A stretch of DNA of 64,000 nt from the human T2T-CHM13v2.0 reference genome, Homo sapiens: NCBI RefSeq assembly GCF_009914755.1, contig NC_060926.1, one strand, 5' to 3'. Shown one piece after another: positions 1-15,625 of this stretch; the first letter of the stretch is position 1, and the number at the start of each line of letters is the position of its first letter. The notes below the pieces were generated by a model. That model did not search any database. It was not told the origin of the DNA and saw nothing but the letters and a program-made list of their open reading frames with translations. The translations under genes and the position numbers were made by a program.

Positions 1-286
1 AAACCTATATTTAAATTTTATTTGGAGGAAACCTGAAAAAAAAATGCAGTCAAATTCTATCATTTCAAACAAGAAGAACCAGGGCCAAAGCATAAGTACG
101 TACTTCAAGTTACGGAGAAAACGCGTAGCAGTCAGAACTGAAAGCCTGTGCTCATTCGTGCCAGGCTAATGCCCTCTCCTTGATTGTCCTGTTTTCCTCA
201 ATTTTTTCTCATATACACACGCGTAAGAAGATTTGATTCTAACTCATAAACATGAGTAATTTAAGTCTCCTCATCTTAAAAGTTTA

Positions 287-598
<312 letters not shown>

Positions 599-732
599 TT
601 ATAATACAAGAATAATCTAATGCTTAAGTAGCAGCAGAATACAGTCTGCATTCATAATACCTTTTCTGGACTATCTGAGATTTTACGTGGAACTTTTACC
701 ATCTGTTTACATTGTTGCTCAGGCTACAATGA

Positions 733-1235
<503 letters not shown>

Positions 1236-2519
1236 AAGTCCAAGCTGTTTTGAGCGGCCTACAAGGCTCCCTGTGATCCAGCCTCAGCAACCTGCCAGCC
1301 TCTGGGAATGTTGAGCTCCCTTTGCTGTTTCCTCTCTGACACTTGACTGTTTTCATTCCCTTGACTGGTGCCCACCAGCTGCTTCCTTCTGCGTCCCATG
1401 CATGACATGTGATTTCTTCCTGCCCATTCTTAGAAAGTGCTTCCCCAGATCGTGTATCTCTTCTCTAACCTTATGGAATCCTCCACATTTTTTTTTATCA
1501 CACCATGTGGTTGTAAATGTGGGCTATACTGTTTGCCATTGTTTGCTTTGCGTTTAATTAAACTGTTAAATTCTAAGTCCCAGGTGGTGGGGACCAAGAT
1601 AGTTTTATATTCCCAGGGCTTAGGAAGGTAATTGACACATAGCTGGGATGCAGACATCATTTCCCCACCAACTTTTAGCCTTACCTTGGTCAGTCTCTGC
1701 TGACTTTGGTAATTTCCAGTGGAGTCAGATTCTTAAGCTGGACTCTGGAGGAATTTGATGTCCACTGCTGCCCTGCTGTGTGAACTCAGTATCTGCCCCT
1801 CCATCCAACTCTGCCTGCCCCTGAGTTTAATGCACCAGGTCCTGACCACCTGTGCAAAGCTTCCATGCTGCTTGGCCATGGCCCAGCCTATCTCCATCTT
1901 CCCTGGCTTACTGCACAAGGTAACCTCGCCTGTAAGCAGGTCAGTCAAGGTACCGTGCACCACCTCCTCCTCTTGAGTGAAGGGCATTTTCCATCTTGAC
2001 CTTTATTTCTTATCTGTGCCCTGAGAATTAGGTGAGAAATGGATAGCAGCCTAATCCTTCCTCTGCCAAGGAGGGTCCTCTCTTAAAAGTTTCCCAGTTT
2101 GCAGCTGAACTGATGAAGCTATAACTGGTGAAACTTCCTTTATCAGTGAGTAGATGGTCAACATTGAAACATATATCCTCGATATCTAATCTGCAGTCCA
2201 TCAGGCATGCTTGTCCTGAGTTAGGAGAATGCAGTAAACGGTGAGAGATGTGACAGAATATTACAGCAACCAGAAAGAATGATGGCTACCTTTCAAGCAC
2301 TTACTGTATTCTATGTGCTTTACATGTGATCTTGCCTTTGCTTTTCACAATAACCTCATAACATGGGGGATCATTCTCATTCACATCTTCCCACCAATAA
2401 AAGTAAGTATGAGAAGACACAGGGGACCCCAACCCACGGCCACTGACATGACAGGGTCTCATTCCTGTTCCATCTACACAGCAGGGAGCTCACCCTCAAC
2501 CATAATGATGATGTGCAAA

Positions 2520-3170
2520 TTAAAACCACACTGAAACCACCAGAGTGCAAAAATAAATTCAAGCGATACCAAATGTCAAGGAGGTTGTGTAACCATGGGA
2601 ATTCTCTTACCTGCTATAGGTATAGCATGGCATGATCACACTGCAAGGCTGTCCTGACACTTCCTAGTAAAGTTGAGCTTCATAATTCCTCCCCTCACAG
2701 CCTGTCCTGGGAACTTTTACACACGTGCCAAAGAAACATGAACAAGGATGTTCATGGAAGCATTAATGGAAATATTTGATGGACTGTTGCATGAATGCAT
2801 TGTGACACCATGGCCAAACAGGAAAACTACATGTCCTACATGTCAGGAAAACTGAAGGAACCCCAGCTGAGCATATCAGTGTGGATGAAGCTCAAACACA
2901 CCATGTTGGCTAAAAGAGGTAAATTGCAGAGTAATACAAGTAGTACAGTCAATTGAGGAAAATGCAAAATTAAACAATAGATCAATTGGGGAGATAGTAG
3001 GATGGCAGATAGTAAAATTTTGAAGGAAAGCAAGAAATTTGAATTTACATTTGATGATGTGTCAACCTTTCTCTGAGGGGAAGTTAGAGTTTGCAACTGG
3101 GGAGTAGCACCAGGATGCTTCCAAATTATTGGTCATATTTCATTTCTCAAGCTCCGTGCTGGGTATTTCT
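2520..3170 (+). mobile_element. Old L1M (L1ME-like) 3' fragment
   Basis: Degenerate L1 3' motifs (ATACCAAATGTCAAGGAGG; GGATGAAGCTCAAACAC); boundaries approximate. Confidence 0.55.
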
Positions 3171-3188
3171 CAAACTCTGGAGACTTAG

Positions 3189-3505
<317 letters not shown>

Positions 3506-3775
3506 TAAATAATACATGTTATATGAACTATTTATCATGTGATAGTTTCTTATAAAAGTAAAAATTACAAAACCCCCAAAATGTAACTTCAGAAATGTAT
3601 GCTATAGATGCTAGCATTTTTTATACCACAGAGAAATAAATTAACCAGCCCTGTTTTTCCATAATTTATAATATTCTGGCCAACTCCATCAAATAACAAG
3701 GCAGAATCTTCAGTTCCGTTGAAAATGATGAGAAATTCAATTCCACCACATTATAACACAGAAGAAAAACCTTCC

Positions 3776-4172
3776 TGTTTTTGTCCATTAGTGCTTCTAT
3801 AACAAAATACCTGAAACTGGTAATTTATAAATAACAGAAATTTATTTCTCACAGTTGTGGAGGCTGGGAATTCCAAGTTCAGGGTGCTTGCAGGTCCCAT
3901 GTCTAGAAAGTGCCTGTTCTCTGCCGACAAGATGGCACCTGGTTTCTGCCTCCTCAGCCGGGAGGAGTGCTGTGTCCTTGTGTGGCGTGGCAGAAGAGCA
4001 GAAGAGCAAGATAGGTGAACTGTCTCTGAAGCCTCTTTTATGGCATTGCTTTATTTATGAATGTGGAGTTCTCACGGTTTAGTCCTTCCCAGAAGGCCTT
4101 ACCTCTTATTATTACAGTGCGGATGAAGTTTCATCATGAATTTTGGAGGGAACATGCTTTCAAACCACAGCA
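3776..4172 (-). mobile_element. MaLR solo LTR (MLT1A/MSTD-like)
   Basis: ATAACAAAATACCTGAAACTGG...TTTATTTCTCACAGTTGTGGAGGCTGGGAA...CAAACCACAGCA; 5-bp TSD CTTCC/CTGCC. Confidence 0.85.
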
Positions 4173-4375
4173 CTGCCCCCTGACAAAAATCACAGAACCA
4201 TAGACTTTCTGATTCAGAACAAATCTTAGTGTTCTTCTAGTCCAAGCTGATATGAAATATCAAACCAATAAATTCTATTTCTCTTCCTTTTGCATTTTTA
4301 ATGTACCTCTAATAATTTGATCTTAGTTGACTTCTATATTAAATATGTTCACAGACTGATTAACATAATTTACCT

Positions 4376-4700
4376 TCATTCATTTAATCAACAATCATTT
4401 TCTCAATACTTATTATGTGTGAGGCATGGCCATTAGCCAATAGGACACCAAGATAAATAAGATTTGGGGCCAATCTTCAATTAGGTGACTGTGTAATGGA
4501 GAAAGCACACTGCAAAATAGAAATATGACAACATAATTTGTTAAAAGATGTGAGAGAAATGTCAGGTTCTCTGTGAGCACAAAGAAAGAGCACATGTACA
4601 ATTGGGAGGATCAAGAAAGTCTTCCTGGAGGAGGAGGGCTTCCGATCTGGGTCTTGAAAGAGAAAAGAAGGAGTAGCAACTCACACGGAGAAGATAAATA
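4376..4700 (-). mobile_element. L2 3' fragment
   Basis: CATTCATTTAATCAACAA...TTATGTGTGAGGCA antisense L2 tail, then AAAGTCTTCCTGGAGGAGG. Confidence 0.6.
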
Positions 4701-4904
4701 TAAAAACATTTCCTAAAAAGGGACTGGATCAGGAAAAAAAAATGAGACAAGAACATAGCATAATGTTTCCAGGAAATATCAAGTATTATCATTTTGCTGG
4801 AGAACATATTATTTTGTCAAGTTGTAGGAACAAAAAGGAGAAATCCAGAAGAATGTCTGGCCTTTATTTTGTCTCTGGGTATATAAGAATGACACCTGAG
4901 AGCT

Positions 4905-5025
4905 CTTAGCCTGAAATCAGGACACGGATTCACATCCCAATCTTTCACTTACACACTGTGTGTCCCTGGGCAAGTCCCTTGACATTCAGTGAATTCTATT
5001 TTCTCCATCTGTAAAATGAGGCAAA
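4905..5025 (+). mobile_element. MIR
   Basis: TGTGTCCCTGGGCAAGTCCCTT...TCCATCTGTAAAATGAGG core. Confidence 0.7.
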
Positions 5026-5689
5026 AAATACACAACTCCAGTGACCCTCTGGGTACCTAGCACAGTATCTGGCCCACAGCAAGATGAATTGTGAAGTTTA
5101 AATGGGGTAACAGACACAGAAGTATTTTGGTCAGTACATCGTGCAGGGATGAGTATTTGAATCGTGTGTTAGGATGACAGGGACTGTCCTTGCTGAGATG
5201 TGTATATGCCAACTTCTAGTGACAATGACCGCAGCAGGGGAAATACGGCTCCCTGAATGTGACCTAAATACACCATGCTGCTTAAACCCTGGTAGCAACA
5301 AAGGCAATTCCCTCAGCATAGAATATTCACAGTGAGATCAGGTAGGTTTTACTCACCTCACAGCCTTTGGTCTCCTCTTAACATCGCAGCCGTTCAAAAA
5401 CTATGTGAAAAAAAAATTAACTCGGCCAGCGTGGTAAGCTGTCCTGGGCTGATTTGCCTGGTGGACTTGAATTGTTCAAATCAATTAACTCCAGCTGAGA
5501 AGTTCTCGTTACAATGTCACCTTCAAGTTAAATAATATCGAGAGTCTTTGTCCTGAACGGTTGGTGTTTCTTGTTCCTTTTTAACCTTGATTCTGAGTTC
5601 TTGTAAGATTCTAACACTTACTATTTTGGTAAGATAATGTGCCCTAATAACTCAATCAGGACTTGAATTAGTATACCTCTGCTTGCCAG

Positions 5690-5900
5690 ACACTACACCA
5701 GGAGTTTTATAGACACTACTTTTAAGAGAATCTTCATAAAGATCTTAGGAAGTAGTTATTACTGCCCACATTACAAGATAAAGTCAGTGTGGCCCAGAGA
5801 GTTTGAGTAGTTTGCCCAGACACACTAGATCTCTAAAGGCAGGAATGAGGTTCAAAACCAGGTTAAGTAACTCATGTCCAGAGTTTTCTCCACTGTACAC
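5690..5900 (-). mobile_element. MIR
   Basis: CCCACATTACAAGATAAAG...GGCCCAGAGAG...TTTGCCCAGA antisense core. Confidence 0.6.
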
Positions 5901-6511
5901 AAAGTCTCCAAAGTTCCAGGAGCACCAATAGATTTAACGAATTAATTGATGCAATCCCCTCGGATGTCATAATAGATAACTTTTTACTTTTAAAGCTGTT
6001 CCCAGCTGGGGTATCTTAACTTCCTGCTGATAGATAAGTGTCCCAAATGCATTGTCCCCAGTGGCAAAAGGTCCCTCCCGTGGGGTGTGACACACTCTCC
6101 TCTCAGCACTGCCAGGCTCCTGGGGTGGAGCACAGGCTGTGCACCCAGTCCACTTCACTCCTGAAGGGGACCCTGGAGAAGCTAAAAGGGACCTTGGAAG
6201 GCACCCTGGAGAAGCTGGAAGGGACCCTGGATAAGGAGGAGAGGGAGCGGGAGGAGGCATCCTTCCCAGGTTACCCCAGCTTGATCTTTTTGTTTTGGTG
6301 TTGCTGCTAGTTCTGAATCTTCAGCAACAGGCAATGTTGAGGAGTGCATCTCTCTCCAGGGCTCTGACTGCCTTGTTGTCATTGTTAACGTTTGGAGTTA
6401 GCCTCCATGTGTTCTAGAACATTGGATTATAAACTCATTTTGACATATCCAGACTAGGACACATTTCACATTTACATTTTAACCTACTGTCCACAAATGC
6501 AAACAAATATT

Positions 6512-6568
6512 TCTCTCTCTCGCACACACACACACACACACACACTCACACACACACACACGCACACA
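6512..6568. repeat. (TC)n(CA)n microsatellite
   Basis: Directly visible. Confidence 0.95.
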
Positions 6569-6954
6569 ATCTTGCACCACACTCTAGTATTTTCTCTTTC
6601 ACTCTCTTTTCTTCTATTGTACTTTATTTTATTTCATTCTAAGGAAGTCTGGTCACAACTCAGAAGATTGATTTCATCACCCCCTGGATCAGGACCTGAA
6701 GTATGGAAAATACTGCTCCAGAATAACTCAGAAACTCCTGAGTCTCTATGCATAGTTCAAATGAATCTCTGCCGTCCTTGAGGACACAGAGCCTGTGGAG
6801 GTTACTAGGGGCCTGCTTCTTGGTTCCCTTACACCCTGGCCAACTCAGTGTGATTTGCACACTAGGACTTGCTCGTCTGTACATGTCATTACCCCCATTC
6901 GACTAAGAATCTTTGAAAACCTAGCCTGGACATCATTGTGTTTATTGTATTCCA

Positions 6955-7345
6955 GATATATAATACATAAATAATATATATTGTAAATTCTATATATATA
7001 GCTCACATATACCTCATATGTATGTTATCTTCATGTATATCATATATAATCTCATATATAGTATATGTATCATATAGTATATATATCATATGTAGTATAG
7101 CATTATATATAGTATATATTATCATATATATGACAATATATACTTGTATATATAGTACATATGCAATATATAGTATATATTATCATATATGACTATATAG
7201 TATATTATGTATATATTTTTCATCTATATGAAAGTATACATACATATTTATATGCCATATATAATATACCCTATCACATATATTACATGTAATCACATAG
7301 CATATATAATCATCATATGTATATATTTATATAATATGCATAATG
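6955..7345. repeat. Degenerate (TA)n low-complexity tract
   Basis: ~390 bp of interrupted TA dinucleotides. Confidence 0.9.
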
Positions 7346-7534
7346 TATAGTCTACATGAGTACAACAGGAATATAGTACCCTTTCTCACTACTTTGTTTG
7401 TTTATACTTCTCCTTACCACAAACTCACACACTCCTTGACTTTCTTTCTTGCTTTATTTTTGTTTATAGAAATAATCAGCATCTAATATTACATATATTT
7501 GATTTACATTTTGCTTATTGGTTATCTTTTTCCA

Positions 7535-7650
7535 TAGAATGCAAGCTATGAGAAACTTGAAGAAGTCAGAAGTTTTGCGTCTTCTACTCAGTACTCTACA
7601 GTGCCTGGCATATACTAGTAACTTAGTTACTGGCTGGATGAATGAATGAA
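7535..7650 (+). mobile_element. L2 3' end
   Basis: ACAGTGCCTGGCATATA...GATGAATGAATGAA. Confidence 0.75.
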
Positions 7651-9944
7651 GCAAAAAGTCAGTGTTTTTCCAGAATGGCGACTATTAACTCTTAGGCATT
7701 CACTACAAACTGGGAACTTGAGATTCAATCCGAGAATCTCCAGATGATTCTGTGGGGCTTGAGATTTCAGAGCAGTCCTGCTGAAAGAATCACACCCGAG
7801 CACACAGTAAAGGAGCCCATGTGGGTCTCAGCCAACTCTGCCTTCTGGGGGACAATGAAATTCATTAGGCACTAGTAGTGGCCATCTCTGGCACATTCTT
7901 GACCCATATTCTTTAGAGAAATTAAGGCTAGAATGACATCATTGCTAATAATATGAATACCCTTCAACCAATATTCTCGTAATATTTGCCCAATTGTTTT
8001 TAGATAAGTGCTATTTGAAAGAAGGACACAACAGTATTCGTGAAAGTATTAGAATAAAATAGTGTGAGCATTCTTATCTGCTTTTAAATGTAACTGGATC
8101 AGAACAGAGGTCATAATTTTGTTATGATAAATTCTTCCTTCCTCTTTCCATTGCTCTCTCTTTCTATTTATTCTCTCTTTTTTATACATCATTGCTCCAT
8201 CACATATGTTGAGCATCTTAAGGAGAGCACAGTATAATGAGATAGAAAAGCAAGCACCTAGTACAGTTTGCTAAGTGTTATAATGGAGGTAAATAAAAGG
8301 TTAAAGACTGAGCTTGCTGCTTAGAAAATGAAAGGCTCTGTGTAAATAGCAAATCATTTTAATTTAATGTCCAGCCTTGCTGGGCTTTGGAACCCTAGAG
8401 ACAGCCTGGAAAACAGAGGGAGGGATGATTTCATAAGGTTTATCGGATAAGGTAATGCACATATCCAATGCAGCATTTAAGGTTGTAATCATTTTGAGAA
8501 TAAAAACAAACCTCTGCATTCTTCTTCTTTAAGCAAAAGTGCCCAAGTATGGGATATGGCAGGTGATATTGTAACTTTATTCTATTGATCAAATGCTTTG
8601 ATCAATAGGTGGAAGATTGAAAAAAAGATCAATAGACACAAAGAGAATTTAAAACTCTGTTTATATAATCAATTGATTAAAGAAATTGATTTGAAAGATA
8701 CAAGCAAAAGAAAAGGACTTAGACGTAAAGCAGGAAAAATATTTCATATCTTTAAGGAAGAAAGGTAAATGTGAATTGGGACATTTGGTTTACAATAAAT
8801 ATAAATAAAATAATAAATATAAATAAATAAATATGGAAAAGGCAAAATTACAAGTAGAGCTCAGGTTTTTAAAAAGACATGCTCTCAATAGACATGTAGG
8901 ATATATTGTAAAAGCATGAATATTTTAATTGCCATTTCTTATTCGCTGGTGGCTGACGGTCAACATCTGGCAGTGAAAAAGTCTCTGAGTTTCGCTTTAG
9001 AAGATTATTTCAATCATGGTTCTTCAAAGCAATAGGAAACAACTCCTACTGATCCAAGCAGAAAGGGAATCTATTGATAGGGCATTGGATTGATAGCTTG
9101 CATCAATTACTCAGCCAACACAGCAACCTCATTTTTGCCCAGTTCCTCCAGTGTTTGGCCTCACCACAAACTCGTTAGTCATATTATTGCTGTTTCTTAT
9201 GGAAACATTCCTCTCCCGGGGACCAACATCTTGACACCAACAGAACCTAGAGCAACAGGGTGTGGCATCCAATTTTTTTTTTGAGTGTATCATTGAGCAT
9301 AATAATAAAGGTCCCCTTTCCATTTCCTAGAACCATGTGTGGGAGAAAGAGAATATTGTTTGTATAGGAGAGACCCTCTCCAACCTCACAAGGTTTTCAA
9401 CTTCAGTCATTCATTCAAATCCATGGAGTATGTGGTACTACAGTGAATAATACCATGAGCATTAACCCAGTGCTTTATATCTTTCACCAGAGATTAAATT
9501 AGTGGATTGAAGAAATGCTGTGTGATCTACGCGGATGGTATTAAATCCTCCAGAAACCAGGAAAAGCAGCCATTACTATTTGCCATCTGAGCCAATAGAA
9601 CTTTTAAAACATATATATGTATATTGAAATCAGAAGGGAGAATTTACAGAAGAAGAGTAGGATGGTAAAAAAATTAGTAGAAAATGCTATAAGAATCTAA
9701 ACATAGCCTACCTTTTTGTTTCAAGTGAATTTCAGCACACAAACATTGTAATAAAGAAAGGATTACTGTCACATGTCCTTCAGTCAAAGTGGGATGGTTC
9801 AGGTTCTTGCCACAAAATCAAGATTGAGGACGTCTTTGTTGCTAATGAGCAACTCAATGATGATAGTTTATTTCCATTTGAAAGCCTGTAGCATCAGACT
9901 TCATTTATATAATCAATGTCCTGATTATATAGCATTATAGTCTA

Positions 9945-10120
9945 AAGCTGTGCTACTAGCTGTATATAGCTACTTATACTGAGATGACTTAAAACTCAAT
10001 ACAATTCAAAATTCAGTTGTTCAGTCACACTGGCCACATTTGATGTCCTCAACAGCCCTACGTGGATACTTTACGGACAGTGCAGATAAACAGCATTCAT
10101 CTCAAGGCAGAAGCACTGTT
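9945..10120. mobile_element. MER3/MER33-like hAT-Charlie MITE fragment
   Basis: AAATTCAGTTGTTCAGTCACACTGGCCACATTTGATGTCCTCAACAGCC. Confidence 0.7.
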
Positions 10121-10122
10121 AC

Positions 10123-10240
10123 ATTTGCCTCTTTTTAAGGCTAAATAATGTTCCACTGCACGTATATACCACGTTTTTCAAATCTGTTTGTCTTTCAATG
10201 GTCATTTAGGCTGTTTTCTCATCTTGGCTATTGTGAATAA
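10123..10240 (-). mobile_element. L1MA/MB 3' fragment A
   Basis: CTTTTTAAGGCTAAATAA...ATCTTGGCTATTGTGAATAA. Confidence 0.75.
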
Positions 10241-10280
10241 ATATATGATACCTAAATTATCCCTGGGGACATTATGTGAG

Positions 10281-10965
<685 letters not shown>

Positions 10966-10968
<3 letters not shown>

Positions 10969-11076
10969 CTCTGGCAACCACATTTCACTCTTTAATTCTA
11001 TGAGTTTGACTATTTTAGAGGCCTCATATAGGTGAGATCATGTGGTATTTGTCTTTATGTGCCAGTTCATCTTTAC
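10966..11076 (-). mobile_element. L1MA/MB 3' fragment B
   Basis: CCTCTGGCAACCAC...CTATGAGTTTGACTATTTTAGA...GTGAGATCATGTGGTATTTGTCTTT. Confidence 0.75.
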
Positions 11077-12733
11077 TATCCAGTATAATAAAGGTAATAT
11101 TTCTCCCTGGGGCCTAGGATGGGTGTGCTTGTAGCCCATTATAAAGTATATGGTTTCCTGAAGCCTGAGGCTCTGAAGCTGTGGCACAGATGCACTGCTG
11201 GGACAGTGCACACCTGGAATCCCCTGCAGCAAGGGGAACTAACACAGTCATGAAGCCTACACTGCTTTCTGCACTTTGAGGAATAGTTTTTAAAATCTCA
11301 GACATGGGAGTCTTATATCTTCTACGAACAGCTGTGAAACTGTGCTGAGCCAACTTGGTAGCTTGCAAGTGTGGTAAAATCTTAGACTCTAATTTTTGAC
11401 GACCACTTGTGGCAAAAAGGAACAATGCTGAATTACTGGCTAAGTTCAATGGAAGTTATTAGCAGACTGCAAAAACAGAATCTCCAGTGTTATTTTCTTT
11501 CTTGAAAGGTGGTATCATTGGGAAATGGAGAAACAAAACATCTGAAAGACGACAATTTTTTTCATTGTATTATTCTTCTAGGTGATCACATTATTCTTCT
11601 GATTTCTTATCACTTGGGTTTTTTTTTTTTTTGGCATAGTTGGAAATAATTGATGAGTGAGGAAGTAATCCTAGGATGGTAAAACACCAAAATGTTTCAT
11701 ACTGTAAAAAAACCCCTAAGATTTAATATTGTATTTTAGATTCATAAAAGGATCCAATGGACCCATATGGTAATTGCAAAGTAGAATGTGTGTTTTTTTT
11801 TTTTCTGTCTGAACAATGAGTGAAGTTTCTCTTTGTTCTTTTAAGGATCTTAGGCAAAAGTAAGGCATGAAATAGCAATTCTTACAAATGGCTATAACTG
11901 ACTGAGAAAACTTCAGTGGACTTTGACGATATACTGAATGTCCAGGTATTTATGGATAGTGATGTTAAAAAGTCAAGTACATGCTTATCCAGATGAAGCA
12001 TCTATCTAAGTTAAGACAAATCACTGCCCTTTCAGTAAGAAGGAGTTCCGTGTTTGCTCATGGCTCATCTTTGCTCAAGGCAAATTAGGCACCCCAAAGA
12101 GCAGGATTCAAGTCAGCTTTAGGGAAGGGGAGTTTATTTTGCTTCACTCATAACTACCTTCCATCAATGTCTCAATAGTCACCTTTTCCTTCAGCTTATT
12201 GGGCCATCACTGGGCAGCGGGAGAACTAGTTGCTTGATATTTACAAGGGAGATCATATTGTTCCCAAGTACACTGAAAGCCTCATCTACAATAGGAGATT
12301 TTGGTGACCATCTAAATAATATACACTCTGTTCCCCCATGGAAGTGTATGGCAGATCTATAGAGAACAGCCACTAGGATAATTTTCAAAGATGCTGGTGC
12401 TACCATAACCAATGGCTTTCTCAAAGCCTTGGCAGAGGAAGTAGTGGACAGTCAGATGGCAGGTGGGTAGGGTGCATGTGATACATCTTTGCCAAACATC
12501 CTGCCACCCTATGTCTTTCACTAGCCCTTCTTCATTTTTCTAAGAAATTTCTGGCTTCTCAGCTTTATTTTAATGGGGTGCAATTATGTTGAAGTTTTGC
12601 AAAGCAACTAGTCAAACAATTCAAACCACCTCTATTTGTCCTAGATAGTGCATTGAAACTAGAATTCTGATTATTGAAGCCATGTGATAAACACAGTCTG
12701 GTATAAGATTATTTTCTTCTCCTTGGTCTAAGC

Positions 12734-12951
12734 TAGGGAAGAGCAAACTTTCTTTAAAGAGCTAGACACTAAACTTTTTAGCTTTTCCAGGCCGTGTGAT
12801 CTCTGCTACAGCCACTCAACTCTGCCTTTGTAGTGTGAGAGTAGCCATAGACAATATATAAACAAATGGGCATGGCTGTGTTCCAGTAAAACTTTGCTTA
12901 CATAAATAGGCAGCTGGTCAGTTTTGGTCCGTGGACAATATTTACTGGCCT
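12734..12951. mobile_element. MER58A hAT MITE
   Basis: ACTCAACTCTGCCTTTGTAGTGTGAGAGTAGCCATAGACAATA...GGCTGTGTTCCAGTAAAACTTT. Confidence 0.85.
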
Positions 12952-14164
12952 CTAGACTAAGCTGCTCAGATAATATTCTGGCAAGTTTTCTTAGATTATT
13001 GCCAAAAGAAATTAGCTAGGAATTGCAATTATGTTAGCCCTGAAGTTTCTGTGCTACACTTTGTACTTGAAGCCATCCTGTCCTGCAGCATGTTCCAGTC
13101 TGACTGTTGCTAGAGATTTGTAGACCTTAAGTACTGTGATGTTGGGACATGAGACAAAGTGGCTTCCCTTTGTAAATGACCTTCCTTGGGTGAGCTTTCC
13201 TCAGAGTCTTTAATGTATGCAGGGATAGTCCCATTACATGAGTAGAAGAATATGCTTTGGCTGGCCAAGAAAGTATTAGGAAAGGGGAAAGCTGGAAGCC
13301 ATGCTGAATTTTTTATATTCTTTTGTATGGCCGTATCCCAATCCTTGGCATCCATATTTTCCTACCAGATGCCCCAACGTTCAAGTAAGAGACCTGACAT
13401 TAATATAAATTTAATGTATGGTAAACTAACCCCGTGCAGGATTAGAGCTATTTAGTTCTTAGCACACGTATTCCTGCAGCTACATATGACCAGTGATTCC
13501 TTCAGCATGGTTACTAAAAGTCCCTGGTACTCAGCCTATGTCTTGATCTAAGGATTTACAAGTCTGAACGTTTCATTTTCTTTTCATAAGCGAGACTAAC
13601 CAGCACCATTAAAAGAAGCCAGGCAGCCTTAGAGGACTTGAACTCCTCATGTTACCTAATACATCTGTGGCAGTGACTGCTATTTCTCCTAAATCCTTGG
13701 CTGTAATGTCACTTTCATTCTAGGTGACTACAATCAATAATTCCATTAGGTCCTTTTTAATGTGCTGCCAAAGTTCTCTCTTAATAACATTTGAACATTT
13801 ATTACCTAACCAAAACAGCCCAAAATATAAATTCCTGATTCCTATTATTTCTCTACATCTGTTATCAGTAAACATGCCTGGTATTAATTTCTGTATCTGG
13901 CAAAGTACTTGGTGGCATCCAAGAGAAATTGACAATGCATGGTTTAACCAGACAGGAAATATATTCAATGTGTCCTGAGTAGTGCACAGAAAGGCCAAGG
14001 AAGTCAGGAGAACAAGGTTCAGGAAACGGACAGGAACGGCGGCCTCTGGGAAGGAACTGAGACCATGGCCAAAACCACTGCTCCCACTCAGTGAGGACGC
14101 TATGGCCCTGAAGACAACCACAGACACAGGCCTGCTCTGTTGCCGCCAACTTCTTCCAAACTGA

Positions 14165-14681
14165 TTTTTTTTTTAAATAACAAGTCTATTGAGATATAAT
14201 TTATATAGCCTAAACTTCACCCCTTTCAATTGTACAGTTTGGTCTGTAGCATATCCACAGAGCTGTGCAACCATTATGATAATTAATTTTAGAATGTCTG
14301 TAACTCCCCAAGAAGAAACGCAGTACCCCATAGCAGTCACTTCTCCTTCCCCCTGAATTCCCTCAGCCCGAGGCTAATACTAACCTACTTCCTGTCTCTA
14401 TAGATTTGCCTCTTTTGGACATTTTATATAAATGGAATCATGCAATATGTGGGGCTTTTTGTGACTGGCTTCATTCACTTAGCACAATGATTTCAAGATT
14501 CCTCCGTGTTGTACTATGTATTGGTATTTTATCCTTTTTTATTGTGAAATAATATTCTATTGTACAAATATATCATATTTAATTTTACCATTTATCAGTT
14601 GATGGACATTTACGTTATTTTCACTCCTGGACTATTATGAGTAATGTTGCTATAAGCATTTGTGTATATGTTTCTGTGTAG
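14165..14681 (-). mobile_element. L1MB (MB7/8-like) 3' end
   Basis: T-tail, ATTGAGATATAATT..., TCTCTATAGATTTGCCT...GGACATTTTATATAAATGGAATCAT. Confidence 0.88.
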
Positions 14682-15409
14682 CTATATTTTTAAAAATTTC
14701 TAGAATGGATTTTGAAATGACTATACTTCATTGCTGCATTATCACAATCAAAATTGTGTTTCTGTGTACTCGAATAGTTTATGCCAATGACTTTCCCACG
14801 GTAGTTGCACAGAAGGCTGAGAAAGCAAGATTTTGGTATATCAACATCAGCATATTCAATAGTGGAAAGGCCTGGCCTCCTACCAAAATTCAGAGTGGGG
14901 AGTTGTGCAAATACATAAAACAGATTCAGATGTTGAGCAGAAAGAAATGGCCAGGCCTATTATAACCATCTAGGTTTGAATTTTATCTCTGCCACTTAGC
15001 CATGTAACCTTTTAGAAATGCAATTTCCTTACCTCTAAAACAGGGAGGATAACCATTTCCTTTCTCACAGAGTTCTTAGAAATCTCAAGTGGTTTTTAAA
15101 GCTCCAATTTTCATTTGTAAACTGGGGCCACGACCCATCTCGTGTGTGCTCAGTGGATGCACTGCTGGCATTTTGAGCCGGTCATTCTTTGTGCATGTCG
15201 GGGTTTAGCATAGCTGGTCCTACCTCCTCCCCCAGGTGACCCACTGCTGTCATTATAATGGAAAAAAAAAAAGCCCTTGGGGATGATAGTACCCCTGCCT
15301 TCATTGCAAGCCTTGAAACATCCCCTTGCTGTTTCCTAGATTTAATGTTTTTGTTCGTTTGTTTGCTTTTCTTTTGTGATTGATTGATTGACTTATCAAG
15401 TGATCTAGA

Positions 15410-15625
15410 ACAGTTCTTCAACAGTAGTGCTGTTGAGATTTTGTACTGAATAGTTGTTAGTTATGGGGGGCCATCCTGTGTATTGAAGATGTTGAGAAGC
15501 ATCCCTGACCTTACCCCAGTAGACCGCCAGTAGGACTTCTTCCCAGTCCTGACAATCAAAAATGTTTCCAGATATTGCTAAATGTCCCCAGGAGGGGCAA
15601 AAATTATACCCCAGTTGAAAGCCTG
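15410..15625. mobile_element. MER20 hAT MITE
   Basis: TTGAGAAGCATCCCTGACC...GACAATCAAAAATGTTTCCAGATATTGCTAAATGTCCCC; flanks GATCTAGA/AATCTAGT. Confidence 0.85.
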
